Made by a program: the position numbers and the translations under genes. This document shows, one piece after another, positions 37,565 through 50,239 of a DNA stretch of 64,000 nt (position 1 is its first letter; every line of letters begins with the position of its first letter). This DNA is from Hemiscyllium ocellatum (lineage: Eukaryota), in the NCBI RefSeq assembly GCF_020745735.1, contig NC_083425.1, forward strand, positions 29,437,575 through 29,501,574, in the 5' to 3' direction. The notes beneath the pieces are model-generated. The model had not been told where the DNA came from. It was given only the letters and a program-made list of their open reading frames with translations, and did not search any database.

Positions 37565-39013
37565 TGCTTCCAATTAAACCTGTTGGACTATAACCTGATG
37601 TTGTGTGATTTTTAACTGTATTTAATTCTGGTTACCTCATTACGTGAGGGATGTGGAGGCTTTGGAGAGGGTGCAGACGAGATTTATCAGCATGCTGTCT
37701 GGATTAGAGGGTATGAGCTATAAGGAGAGGCTAGAAAAACTCAGGTTGTTTTCTCTTGAGAAGCAGAAGCCGAGAGGAGTCTTGATAGATGTCTATAAAA
37801 TTATGAGATACAAAGATAGGGTTGACAATCAGAATCCTTTTCCCCAGGATTGAAATGTCTAATGCTAGCTGGCATTAATTTAAGGTGAGATGGGAAAGTT
37901 CAAAAGAGATGCAAGGGGCAAGTCTTTACAGAGAGAATGATGGGAATCTGAAACATACTGCCAGGGGTAGTGATGGAGGCAGATACAATAGGGGCATTAG
38001 AGACTTTTAGATAAGCAAGGAGTGGAGGGATATGGACCAAGGGCAGGCAGAAGGAATTTGTTTCATTTCATGTCACGTTCAGCATGACATTGAGGACCGA
38101 AGGGCCCATTCTTGTGTTCTACAGTGCGATGTTCTTTGGTGATGTTTAATAGGGCCAACTCAATTATGGAGTTTAAGGCGAAGGAACTACTAGGGATCAC
38201 TGACCATACGGAAGGTCATGCCTGAAAAATCTGTTGGAATTCTTTGAGGAGGAAATGAGTAATGTAGAACCAGTGGATATGATCTATTTGAATTTCCAGA
38301 AAGCCTTTGATAAGTTGGTGCATAGGACGCTGCTGAATAAGATGTGAGCCCATAGTGTTAAGGGCAGGTGCTGGCAGGGATAAGGGATAGCTGACTGGCA
38401 GAAGACAGAAATGAGGGGATAAAGGGGTCTTTTTCAGGATGGCAGCCAGTGACGAGTGAAGTTCTACAGGAGTCAGTATTAGGTCCACAGCTATTCACAT
38501 TGTACATTAACGAACTGCTTGAAAGAACTGAGAGCTTTGTTGTTAAGTTTAAGATGGCACAACGATAGGTGAAGGGACAGGTAGTGTTGAGGAAATGGGA
38601 AGGCTACCTAAGGACTTGGACAAGCTAGGAAGATGGGCAAACAAGTGACAGATGGTATTAAAAAAACATGGGCAAGTGTTAAGGTCTGAGCTTTGTAGGA
38701 GGAATAGAGATATGGACTTTTTTCTAAATGGGGAAAGGCTTTGAAATCTGAAGTTCAAAGTGACTTTGGAGTCCTAGTTCAGATTTCTCTTAAGTTCAGT
38801 TGGCAGTTAAGAAGGCAAATGCAATGTTATCATTCATTTCAAGAAGGCTAGAATACAAGAGCAGAGATGTATTGCTGAGCATGTATAATACTCTGGTCAG
38901 ACTGCAATTGGAATATTGTGAGCAGGTTTGGGCCTGCATCTAGGGAAGGATATGCTGTTGTTGCTGAAGGTTCACAGGGGGTTTCCTGAGAATACAGGGC
39001 TTGTTATATGAGG

Positions 39014-39231
39014 GTAAAAAATGAGGTCTGCAGATGCTGGAGATCACAGCTGCAAATGTGTTGCTGGTCAAAGCACAGCAGGTTAGGCAGCATCTCAGGA
39101 ATAGAGAATTCGACGTTTCGAGCATAAGCCCTTCATCTATTCCTGATGAAGGGCTTATGCTCGAAACGTCGAATTCTCTATTCCTGAGATGCTGCCTAAC
39201 CTGCTGTGCTTTGACCAGCAACACATTTGCA
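39014..39231. mobile_element. Young fold-back PLE-derived element, family A, with 15-bp TSD
   Basis: Arms appear identical over ~85 bp; GCTTGTTATATGAGG at 38999-39013 and 39232-39246. Confidence 0.93.
39139..39174 (+). ncRNA. Minimal type-I hammerhead ribozyme motif, family A
   Basis: ATTC-CTGATGA-A-GGGC-TTAT-GCTC-GAAA-CG-TC^GAAT; stem I ATTC/GAAT; predicted cleavage after 39170. Confidence 0.82.
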
Positions 39232-39715
39232 GCTTGTTATATGAGGAGCAGTTGACGACTTTGGTCTGTACTTGGTGGAGTTTAAAAGAATGAGGGGGGA
39301 TCCCATTGAGGTTCACAGAATACTGAGAGGCATGGATAGAGTGAAGGCAGAGAAATGTTTTCATGAGTAGGAGAGACTAGAACCTGAGGGCACAGCCTCA
39401 AGAATAAAGGGATGACCCTTTAGACCTGAGATGAGGGGGACTTTCTTCAGTGAGAGGGTGGTGAACCTGTGGAACTCATTGCTGCATAAGCCTGTGGAAG
39501 CCAAGTCATTGACTGTCTTTACAACATATAGATAGGTCCTTGATTAGTAAAGGGGATCAAAGAGTACAGAGAGAAGGCAGGGAATGGGGTTCAGAAACAT
39601 ATCAGCCATGAATGAATGGCAGAGCAGATTCAATAGGCAGAACAACCTAATTCTACTCCTATATATCTAATGATCTTATGGCAATTTCATAGCTACAACT
39701 CTGCTGCGAGTTCAT

Positions 39716-39912
39716 AACCAACTCGGAGAAAGTGAGGACTACAGATGCTGGAGATCTGAGTCAAATAATGTAATGCTGGAAAAGCACAGCAGATCATGGC
39801 AGCATCTGAGGAGTAGGAGAGTTGACAAAAAGGCTTATGCCGGAAATGTCGACTCTCTTGCTCCTCAGATGCTGCCTGATTGGTGGTGCTTTTCCAACAC
39901 CACACTCTTATA
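39716..39912. mobile_element. Fold-back PLE-derived element, family A, centre deleted
   Basis: Arms GCAGCATCTGAGGAG / CTCCTCAGATGCTGC; TSD CTGCTGCGAGTTCAT (39701-39715) and CTGCTACGAGTTCAT (39913-39927). Confidence 0.85.
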
Positions 39913-40079
39913 CTGCTACGAGTTCATGTTTGTGTGTGGCAATGAGGGAATCTTTCCTTTTTCACAGTTTGCTTTACACCTGAGTAAAAAGTAAAACTTC
40001 TAATCTGCATTTTCAAAGTACATTCACGAAAACAGGTACAAATTCTAGTGATAGGATCAATAGGAGTGAATGAAATATA

Positions 40080-40690
40080 AATAGGAGAAGGAGAAGGTCA
40101 TATGGTGTTTTCAGTCTGCTCTGTCATTCCATACAAGCAAGACTAAGTTTCCACCTCAATCCTACCGAAGTATTTGATGACATGAGAGACCCAAATACAT
40201 CTATCTCAATCTTGTATGTGTTCGATAATGGAACATCCAAAACTCTCCGTGGTAGAGAAATCCAAAGTTTCACAAACGTTTGTATGAAGAAATCTCTCCT
40301 CATCTCAGTCCAAATCTATTCTATGGCTGTACCCCTAACTTTTAGATTCCCTAACCAAGCCTCTGCGTCTACCTTCTGAAACCACTTCAAGAACTTGTAC
40401 ATTTTAATGAGATCATCTTTATTTTGTCTAAACTTCAGTCAATGTAGGCTCAGTTTATTCAATTTCTTATCATAAGGTAACCCTCTTATTACAGGAGCTA
40501 ATTCAGTGAAGCCACTGCATTGCCTCTGATGCAAGTACATCCGCTCTCAGATGATGAGAGCAGAACTTGCATAGGGTGTTCTCACCAAAACAAAACTGGA
40601 GCAATTCTGTATTCCAATCTCCTTGGAACAAATGCCCTAATGTGACTTGCCTTCCTAAATGATTGCTGCATCTACATATTATATTCCTGA
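40080..40690 (-). mobile_element. Old CR1 3' fragment
   Basis: Reverse-strand CR1 3' UTR and late-RT similarity (AAGAAATCTCTCCTCATCTCAGTCC, AATGAGATCATC). Confidence 0.65.
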
Positions 40691-41279
40691 CTGAGATTTA
40701 GTGGTCAAAGCACAAAGTGATTGGATGGGCATGATCAGTGGCAATTGAATCCCTATCCCCTTTTGAGAAATCTCACTGGATTGAGCTTTTATTAAGTAAT
40801 GCCTAATGTGCTTCTCATCAAGCCAGAGTCCTCTTTAATGCCAAACTATATTCTAGCCTTTCTCAGATGGTAGACAGGATTCTTCCGTGTCTCGTAGTTT
40901 GGAATCACAGGGAAGAGGGAGTCAGAGGGATTGAAGAAATAGTTGCTGTTGGCTTTGAGTGGTGATCAGTTTGTCCCTCAGGCCATACTTAAGGTTGGCA
41001 CAATTGGAGCAAGTGCAGTCCTCCCACCAACCCACCAGGCACGTTGCCCTCATTTCCCAATTGGGAAGTCAGTCATTTCTCTCACCTGCAATGAAGGCAG
41101 GCAGTAGGGGCCAGCGGTGAGTCAAGTCCCAGTAAGTGGCCATTAATTACCAATTTCAGGGCCTCAATTTGTCGTGAGGCAAAACATCTACAATGGCCTT
41201 TCTCATCCAGCTATCAATTATGGGAAGTGAGTCAGTATTTCTCTCCAGCGATTTCATTCAGTTGCCCAAGGTACCTGCT

Positions 41280-41690
41280 TATCGATTTGGGGGTAATATA
41301 TTAACACAGATAGAGCAATGTTTAATGGACAGCAATTGGAGAATAATGAAAAACAGAGTATTTCCAAGTTAGCAGGCTATTATTGGTCAAGTGCTATAAG
41401 GATTAGTGCAGGGAGAGGTTCAGTTATTTACAATCTACATAAATGATGGAACCAAAGAGAATGGGATTAATGTAGCCTTATCGAATTTGGAGATGATGCA
41501 ATGGGGAGGTAAACTGTGAGGAGGACACAAGAAGCTAAGAATGAAACATAGCAAATGGAAAATAATGTGGGAAAATGTGAAGTTATTAATGTTTCAAGTA
41601 AAAATAGTAAAACAGAATATTCTTAGAAGTTATAACAATTTAGGTAATGATGTTCAGAGAAACTTGGTTGTACTCTTACAAAGAACATAA
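41280..41690 (+). mobile_element. Old CR1 RT fragment, apparently continued at 44060-44675
   Basis: LFTIYIND, FGDD, KCEV and QRNL.V remnants. Confidence 0.6.
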
Positions 41691-41699
41691 AGATCCAGG

Positions 41700-42360
41700 T
41701 GTGCCCTCCTTGGAGTTGACAGGGAATGTGGTGAGAAATAATTGATACCATTACAAGTTGTTCTTGGAAACTATCAAAAAAGTTTTCTAACAAATCATTT
41801 CCTGGATTTCCTCTGCCAATTCAATTAGTTCATTCCAAATGAAGATGAAAATCCCCCATAGTTATTATACGCCTCTGTTTCAAACTTCAGTTATTTCTTA
41901 CCTAATGCTCTGGCCATGTCCAATGGTGAATAACTGTAAGGATGTTATAAACTACTCCCACCAACATTTTCTCACACTAGTTAGTATTAATTTTCATTCA
42001 TACAGATTGTGTCTTTTTGTTCTGAGCCAAAATTCTATCCTAATACTGTCCTTATGTCATTATTTATTGCCAAGGTTACTCACCCTCCTTTCCATTCTGT
42101 CTGTCCTTTCAAAATGTTAAGTACCCTCTTATTTATTTTCCAACCTTGATCACCTTGCAACTATGTCTCCATAATAGCTGTTCTGTCAAACCCATTTATC
42201 TCTATTTATGCCACTAATTCATCCATTCTCTTATGAATGCTTCATGCATTCAAATAAAGAGCTTGTAATTTTATCTTTTACTGATTTTCTTTCCATGGAG
42301 TTTATGCACTATTACCATTAAATTTCTTGAGCCTTACTGTCCTGCTCTACTTCACTCCAC
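41700..42360 (-). mobile_element. CR1 endonuclease-region fragment
   Basis: The reverse strand shows decayed LNA.S, A.METWLQGDQGW and V.MGDF.LH..W motifs. Confidence 0.55.
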
Positions 42361-42479
42361 CTAGATTGCCTGTGAAAGGAAGAGCTGGAAGCATATTGCC
42401 GGTAATCTGATATTGGTTCTTACCCTCCTACAGGAAAAGGGAAAGAGGTTAGCTGTTTGGTCAATATATGGCTTTAAAA

Positions 42480-44035
42480 TTCATTTGTGGGATGTGGGCA
42501 TTGGTTGCTGGCCAGTGTTTGTTACCCATCCCTAGTTGCCCTTTAGAAGGTGGTAGTGAGCTGATGTTTTGAACCACTGCAATCCACCTGCTATGGGGTG
42601 AACCACAACACCTTTAGGGAGGGAATTCAGGATTATGACCTAGTGACACTGAAGGAATGTCAATATGTTTCCAAATCAGGATGGTGAGTGGCTTGGAGGG
42701 GTGGTATCTGCTGCGCTTGTCTTTCTAGACAGAACTGCTTGTGGTTCTGGAAGATGCTGGCTAAGGATCTTTGGTGAATTTCTGCAGTGCATCATGGAGA
42801 TAGTAAACACTGCTGTCGGTGGTGGCAAATATGAATTCTTACAGATGTAGTGCCTAACAAGCAGGCTGCATTATTTTGGATACTGACAAGCCTGGAGCTG
42901 CAGCCAATCAGGTAAATGGGGAGTATTCCATAATACTCCTGACTTGTGCCGTGTAGATGATGGTAAGCTTTTGGGTGTCAGGAGGTGAGTTACTTGTCAC
43001 AATAGTCCTAGCCTCAGACTTGCTCTTGTCACCACAATGTTTTAATGGTGAGTTCAGTTGAGTTTCTGGTCAATGCTAACACTAAAGATTTTGAAAGGGG
43101 GGATTCAGGGATGGTAACACTATTGAATATCAAGGGACAGCGGTTAGATTGTCTCTTATTAGTGATGGTCATGGCCTGGCATTTGTGTGGCACAAATGTT
43201 ACTCCCCACTTGTCAACCCAAGCCTGGATATTGTCCAGATATAGTTGCATTTAAATATGGACTGCTTCAGTATCTGAGGAGTCATGAATCATGCTGAACA
43301 TTGTGCAATCATCACAAATATCCTCACTTCTGACCTGAGGGAAAGTCATCGGTGAAGCAGCTGAAGATGGGTGGGCCTAGGACAATACCCTGAGGAACTC
43401 CTAAAGAGATGTCCTGGAGCTGAGATGACTAAATTCCTACTACCATAACCATCTTCCTCTGTGCTAGGTAAAATTTAACTAGCGGAATGTTTGCCCCCTG
43501 ATACCCATTGATTCCAGTTTTGTCAGGGCTCCTTGATGCCATATTCTGTCAAATGCAGCCTTGATGTCAAGTCCTGTCACTCTCATCTCACCTCTGGAAT
43601 TCAGCTGTTTTGTCCATGTTTAAACCAAGGCTGTAATGGGGTCAGGAGCTGAATGGCCCTGGCAGAAACCAAACTGAGCATCACTGAGCAGGTTGTTGCT
43701 GAGCAGGTGCTGCTTGGTAGCACTGTTGATGACCCCTTCTTATACTTTAGTGATGATTGAAAGTAGACTGATGGGATGATAATTGGCCGGGCTGAATTTG
43801 TCCTGCTTTTTCTGTACAGGACGTACCTGGGCAATTTTCCAATTTGTTGGGTAGATGCCAGAGTTGTAACTGTACTGAAACAACTTGACTCGGGGAGCTG
43901 CAAGTTCTGGAGTTTAAATCTTTAGTACTATTTCCAGAATGTTGTCAGGGCCCATAGCCTTTGCAGTATCCAGTGTCTTCAACCATTGCTGCATATTACT
44001 TGGAACAAATTGAAATAGTTGAAGACTGGTGTCTG
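42480..44035 (-). mobile_element. CR1/L2-clade LINE, family B (RT to 3' end)
   Basis: Reverse strand: NY.PISLLSI, QFGF.QGHSAPD, ALDIKAAFD, GVPQGIVLGP; ORF 43029(-) 'LDNIQAWVDKWGVTFVPHKCQAM'. Confidence 0.88.
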
Positions 44036-44059
44036 CTGCTCTGCAGGCATTCTATGCTA

Positions 44060-44675
44060 GTACATGAGTTACAAGATGTTAGTGTGCAGGTAAAGCAAAA
44101 TAATTTAAAAGCTGATATCCTCTATTACAAGAGGAATTGTGCACAAAGACAAGACTTTTACAATTCAGTTATATAGTGTTTTGTGAGATCATATTTCAAA
44201 TACAGTATGCAGTTTAGCTCTCCTTATTTAAGGAAGTCTGTAAATGTATTGCAGGCACAACAGGGCAGGTTTAATTGATTGGTACCTGGAAAAGAACTTG
44301 GCTTATGAGAATAAATTGGACTGACTGGGCTTTTTTTAACTGAAATTTAGAAGAATGAGGAAGTACTTGATGGAAGTACATAAGATACTGAATGGTCTTG
44401 ACAAGTTCAACATTGAAAGGATGTTTCCTGTTGTGGGTGAGTCCACAACAAGGAGACATCATTCAAAAATTACAGGTTGCCCTTCCCAGACAGAGAAGGA
44501 AACTTTTCATCTGTCAGGGCGATTTTTAAGGCAGAGATAAATAGATTTTTGTTAAACAAATGCATCTGCAGTTATCAAAGACAGATGGAACGTTAATTTT
44601 AAAACACTAACAGACCAGCCATGTTCTTATTGAATAGCTGAGGGGCCGAATGCCTGCTTCCTCTCCTAATTTGTA
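44060..44675 (+). mobile_element. Old CR1 3' fragment
   Basis: ORF 44355 'MRKYLMEVHKILNGLDK...RMFP.VGESTTR.H'. Confidence 0.7.
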
Positions 44676-44742
44676 TGCACATATTGCTGTTTTGCTATAA
44701 TGCTTCAGCTTTTATCTTCAGATTTCTAAATAACCCCATCTT

Positions 44743-45098
44743 GGGGCAGCACAGTACCTCAGCACAGTACCTCAGCACAGGCACTACAGTGCCAAGGACC
44801 CCAGTTCAATTCCAGTCTCGGGTGACTAGTCTGTCTAGAGTTTGCAAATTCTCCCCGTGTCGGCGTGGATTTCTACTGGGTGCTTTGGTTTTCCCTCACA
44901 GTCCAAAGATGTGTGGGTTAGGAGGATTGGCCATGCTAAATTGCCCAGAGTGTCCATGGATATGCTGGCTAGGTGGATTGGCGTGGGAAATATAAGGATA
45001 AATTGGAGGGGTGGGTCTGTGTGTGATGTTCTTCAGACGGTCAGTGTGGACTTGATGGACCAAATGGTCTGTTTTCACACGTAGGGATTCTACAATTC
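44743..45098 (+). mobile_element. HE1-type V-SINE with a 13-bp tandem duplication in the tRNA head
   Basis: CAGCACAGTACCT x2.6 at 44747-44780; V-domain; GGGATTCTA tail. Confidence 0.85.
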
Positions 45099-46792
45099 TA
45101 ACTCTAACACCTGTCCTTATAGTTTCAAGCCCTACTCACAGCTCAGTTAGGCAACTCGCTTGGATGTTAATCCCAGGTCATTCCAGCCCGTGAACACATT
45201 GCAACAGAACACAACTTGACAGCAATTTTGAGCTAAAAGCTTTAAAGCCTGCTCTATTCAAGTTCTAAAGTCACTAAAGGAGAGGTGAATGCAGAGTAAC
45301 ATGAATACTACAATTCCTGCTGTTGGATTGTACATTGGCACTGTTGCTGTGATAATATTTCAGACATAATCCTGTACTAGGTTAATGTAATTTGCTGTAT
45401 AGACTTGTTCCCACTGTCCAGAGGATAATAGATTACATGCTTCATCTCATGAATAATGAACAATTCATAGAGAATTATTTCACAATTCAGAATTAATGCT
45501 GCTTATGCCAAAGCATTTTAAGATGAACTGGCCAGACTCCAAATTTGAAAAAAAGGTCAGACTAAACCCAGATAAAACTAATTTAATATTTTTTGGAATT
45601 ACTCAAATGATAGTCAAACAAGCTAAAAACGTAACACAAAATTTGCTGTGAGACAATTTATTTGGAATACTGGACATGAAAACAACTCAAAATAAAAACT
45701 AGTGCATTTGGTGATTTAAAAGCTAAATATTACAGATGCTGGAAACTCAAGCTACAGAAGGAAAAGAAACTGGAAAACCTCAGTAGCACTATTAGGAGAG
45801 AAACAGATGTGTCAATGAGGAGTCAAGATCTTTGCTGGAGTAGGTGTTCCGAACTTGGAGATAAATTGTCTTTGGGATGTCTAGGATTCCCCACACCCTA
45901 CTGAATTTTGAAACCACAGTACATGGCATTTTTTCATCATCTGGAAGCCAGCTTGATTGATGGACTTGGCCAATAGTCAGTTGGGGAAAACTGAAGTAGG
46001 CTGCCGGTCAGTGGACACCAAAGAGCCTGCAGCTAGAGTTGTCGTATTGAGAATGAATGAATTTTAGGCAGAAGCATGATCAATAATAGAGGTGTCCAAT
46101 CCTGGAGGAAAGGAGCAACAATCCTAATAGAGTTGTGGGGTGTAGACTGATTCTGAAGTGTAATCCTGATATATAGTCCAATCCTACAGGGACATCAGTG
46201 ATCCTTGGGGGTTGGAGACTGTTGGTGAAGACTGGATGGGCGATTGGGGCTTCAGAGATCATTCAGTGTTTCCAATCCTCAAGGGTTTGGTGGAACAATA
46301 CTGATTTGGTGTTTCACATCTTGGGGGAGGGAGTCCAATCCTTGATGGAGAGATGGCCAACAATCTCAAAGTGGAAGAGGCAGGTAAACCTGGTGAGCTG
46401 ATTTACCTCATATGCAGCAACCTTTGCTTCCCTTTAGATGCTGGGTTACCCAAGGCCTGGGAAACTTGGCTGGCCAGAGTTAAACCTGAAAGGCAGACCT
46501 AATAAGAAGCATGTAGCCTTATTAAAATATCCACATCTATTTATTTAAATGATTGACCTGCCTCCTTCTAGCTGATTGGTTGCCTACACCCACCCATACC
46601 AGTATTTTCATGGTAAGCAAAAGGATGTGGATATGATTTGATTCAAGTTTTATAACTCACACATAACACCAGACCCAAGCCCTTCAACCTTTCAAGATTA
46701 AAATTCCCTCATGATGGTTTGGACATAGATTCTTCACCAACATGTTCTTTGTCTTCTTGTTTTTAGCATCATCTACTTTTATTTCTGGAAAT

Positions 46793-47047
46793 CAGGCGAC
46801 TGACTGTGTGGAGTTTGCACGTTCTCCCCGTGTCTGCGTGGGTTTCCTCCGGGTGCTCCGGTTTCCTCCCACAGTCCAAAGATGTGCGGGTCAGGTGAAT
46901 TGGCCATGCTAAATTGCCCGTAGTGTTAGGTAAGGGGTATATGTAGGGGTATGGGTGGGTTGCGCTTTGGCGGGTCAGTGTGGACTTGTTGGGCCGAAGG
47001 GCCTGTTTCCACACTGTAAGTAATCTAATCTAATCTTAAGTAATCTA
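46793..47047 (+). mobile_element. HE1-type V-SINE, 5'-truncated, young
   Basis: V-domain with CpGs retained; (TAATC)n tail; no tRNA head. Confidence 0.9.
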
Positions 47048-48009
47048 AAAAAAAGTATGAATAACATCTAGCTATTTTAATTTTTTTGTCTTTCTCATTA
47101 ATCAATAACATATAAATGTATAAGACAATCCAGGATCTGACAAATACATGAAAATAATTAAAAGATAAACCTCTAAACAGCACCTTTTTGTAACTTTAAA
47201 TGCTGCATCTTTTAAAACAGTCAGATATGCAGGGTACATGGGTAAATGGAATTTAAATTATGGAGATGACCTAAAAATGACAATAAATAGCTCAGTATGA
47301 ATCCTGCAGCTTTGATATCTTCTCGATTTTATTGACTCTGTTTTGACTAGCTATCATTGCCGGTTATGCTGTGTTTGTCAGCTCAGTCAGCAGGATGCAT
47401 GCTTTCATCAGGGAAACAGATACAGGGTTATTTTCCAACCATCAGAGCTGTTTTATTGAATTGTATATGATGCCATGGCCTGAATCCAAAACACTCATGA
47501 TACTTCAAAAAAAATTGCTTTATTTCATTGAAAGATATTCACACCAATCAGTTTTGAAACATGACTCCAACCTTCGTCTGCAATACATAACAATTAAGAC
47601 AGCTTTCTTTCTTAACACAATGTTTTGACATCCTAACATTTCTTGTCATCTAATCAATCCTGCTCTTTGACATTTATGGGGTAAAATTAACATAACTTGC
47701 CCTTTTGGAAGCTGATGTATCTACTCTCCCCTGAAGTCAAACAGGGAGTCATACTTGGGGGGGGAGCAAGTGTTGGTGGTTGAGTGGGTTGCAGGTAATG
47801 CAAAACATACATTTCACCTGATTCCATGGATGCAAATCCCTGGATAAAACATCAATTAAGCATATAGCTCAATTCCAGGTCTTGGCCAGTGTTATTCTAT
47901 GAATTGTCTCTGGATTAGAACACTCACATATATTAGTACAGAAAAGGATGCAGAATGGCAGATTGTTTTTCATATCCCAGTGAGTATTTGACCTTTCAGT
48001 TTCCAGTCG

Positions 48010-48700
48010 AACAAAAGCATTTTCTCTATTATATTATTTTAAAAGAAAGAAATTGCACAATTCACACAACAGAGAAGTCTGGATGCCCTGGTTTGCAAAT
48101 TACAAGAAATTAGTATTCAACTACAGTTAGTGTTCAGGAAGACAAGTGGGATGTTTTCTTCCTCATTGGTTAGTGCAAGGGAAATGAAACATAAAAGTAA
48201 GGAAGTTTTACTACAGTTGTACAGGATGTTTCTGAACCCATCTCTGGATTAAGTGCAAAGTTTTGTTTCCTTATATAGGAAAGGAGACAATTGCAACAAA
48301 AGCCATTGAGAGTATGTCAGCAACTTCTTCCAGGGATGAAGGGATTGCCCGATAAGAAAATGTTTGATAGGTTGAACCTGTATTATTTGAAGTTTAGACA
48401 AATGAAAGGCGATCTTTTTGAAATAGGCAAGATTTCAGGGGGCACACCGTAGTGGATGCTGGAAGAAAGTTGCTCATTTTCTTTGTAAGGGGTGTGGGGG
48501 GAGGGGGGGAGGGGGGCAGAGCCCAGAACTGCGGACATATAAAAATATTGGACTCCTCATTTATGACAGAGGTGAAGAGATTTTTTCTTTCTCCCTCCCA
48601 GCAGTAGAGGCTGGGTCATTGAATGATAGTAAGTCTGAGTAAGCTAGATTATTGACCAACAAGAGGAAAACGTATCATAGAAGGCAAAAATTTTAAAACC
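48010..48700 (+). mobile_element. Old CR1 3' fragment
   Basis: EVLLQLY and FRQMKGDLFE remnants; its tail probably resumes at ~49250-49370. Confidence 0.6.
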
Positions 48701-48727
48701 ACCAAATAAGTTTCAATGTCTGACTCA

Positions 48728-49150
48728 TAGAATCACAGAAACAGAGAATAAAGGAGCAAGATTAGGCTGTTTGGCCCTTCAGGCCTGCTCGCCCATTCAA
48801 TATGATCTTTCTGATCATCCAATTCAATATCATGTTCCTGCATAATCCCCATATCCTTTGATCACTTTAGTGCTAAGACCTTTATTAACATTTTTCTTGA
48901 AAGTCTTCAATATTTTGTTCTCACCAATACCTTGTGGCAAAGTAGGTGAAGAAATTTCTCCTCATCCCTGTCCTAAAGGTCATACCACGTTCCTTAAACT
49001 GTGACCCCAATTCTGGACACCCAGTCTTCAGGAACATGCTTCCTGCATCTACCCTGCCCAATCTATTTGAATATTATCAATTTCTATAATAGTCCCTCCT
49101 CATTCTTCTAAACTTCAATACGTATAATCCTAACAAATTCAGTGTCTCCC
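48728..49150 (-). mobile_element. CR1 3' end
   Basis: GGCCCTTCAGGCCTGCTCGCCCATTCAATATGATC...CCTCATTCTTCTAAAC is the reverse of a CR1 tail. Confidence 0.75.
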
Positions 49151-50239
49151 TGGGGAGTCATCTTGTGCATTTCAAAATGGAGGTCTGGTATACTCAATAT
49201 ATTCATTTCCAAGTATTACCATTTTTTTAACTGGCTTTTCCTCTGGGATAATGAATAGACAGGAATGCAGAGGCCACAGTCTGATCAGCCATGATCTTAT
49301 CAAATGGCAGAGTAGGTTCTAGGGATGAATGATCTATACTGTTCTAGCTTCTAATTCTTATGTTCTTATATCAATTGACAACTGATCTATATTCAGATGG
49401 ACATGGCTGGATCTGATTGATATGTGACTCCTATTTAACAGAATGGTTGATTATCTCTTGTCAATTTGGATTTGACAACAAGTAATGGTCTAGCAAGTGC
49501 ACTCATACTGAAATTCATACTCATACACAATGCTGCAAAATTAACACCGCTCAGTATTGTGTAGATCTAAAATTGAACAGCATCAACTTGTTACATACCT
49601 ATGGGCAATTCACATATGGCAGTTAGGTGGCAAGTGTGTTAAGCAACATGAATTAGAAAGTGAGCATAATTATTTCTGTTCATGGTCTTTTCTCGATATC
49701 TTTTTCCTATGGTCATGACTAGTTAACAATTTCTATTAGCAGAGTTTCTATACACTTCCATCTGTGTCCTAATGTGTATGCATTAGCATGCCCCAGTTTT
49801 AACAATTGACCTGTACTTGTGGTGCTTAGTTCACTGGAGAATACTTAGACTATCTAGCACATTAATTTTTCCACTTCAAAACACAAGAAAGCAACACGTT
49901 GTCAGACAGAAGTATGCAACTAATTCTATAATGCACAGAAAGCAAGAGTGTACACCTAGCCAAGCTATTCAAACAGACCTACCTCACAAAGTGGAAAATT
50001 GCGTGGGTACGTTTAGTCCACAAAACGTTGGACAAATGCCATCATTCTACATCCCATCGGCTTATTCTTAATCAGCAGCAAAGTAATTAAAACATGTCAT
50101 CAACAGTGTTATCAAGCAACACTGATTCACCAATAACCCACCGACTGATGCTTCCTTTAGGTTTTGCCGGGAACATTTGACTCTGGACCTTAATAGAGCC
50201 TCAGATAAAGGAATTAAACTTCAAAATGAGATGAATGCA

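Larger units (their letters stand above)
37387..37617. mobile_element. Fold-back PLE-derived element, family B, zero-spacer palindrome centred at 37519/37520
   Basis: ~98-bp inverted arms around GAGGCCTC; imperfect TSD GTGTTCAATTCTG (37374-37386) and GTATTTAATTCTG (37618-37630). Confidence 0.92.
34500..38135 (+). mobile_element. Near-full-length decayed CR1 LINE (esterase-type ORF1, APE endonuclease, RT), possibly composite, carrying two PLE insertions
   Basis: ORF1 remnant VIHVN..D...NGFEFMGHW...LDGLHLNH (34890-35200); endonuclease LRVLSLNV (~35970); ORF 36529 'NYKLVSLTSVV.KL.E...SQHGFVQGRSCLTNLIEF...D.SKAFDKV'; FADD near 37000. Confidence 0.88.
38140..39680 (+). mobile_element. CR1 LINE RT and 3' fragment, interrupted by a PLE hairpin
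   Basis: IYLNFQKAFDKL, VLQESVLGP, LVRLQLEYCEQVW motifs; tail CCTAATTCTACTCCTATA. Confidence 0.85.

Noticed and set aside
37387-37617. Interpretation as an integrated viroid or tandem-LTR retrozyme
   Set aside because: The ribozymes are inverted rather than in direct tandem, so cleavage would not release a unit-length monomer; the TSD and tail asymmetry fit PLE insertion.
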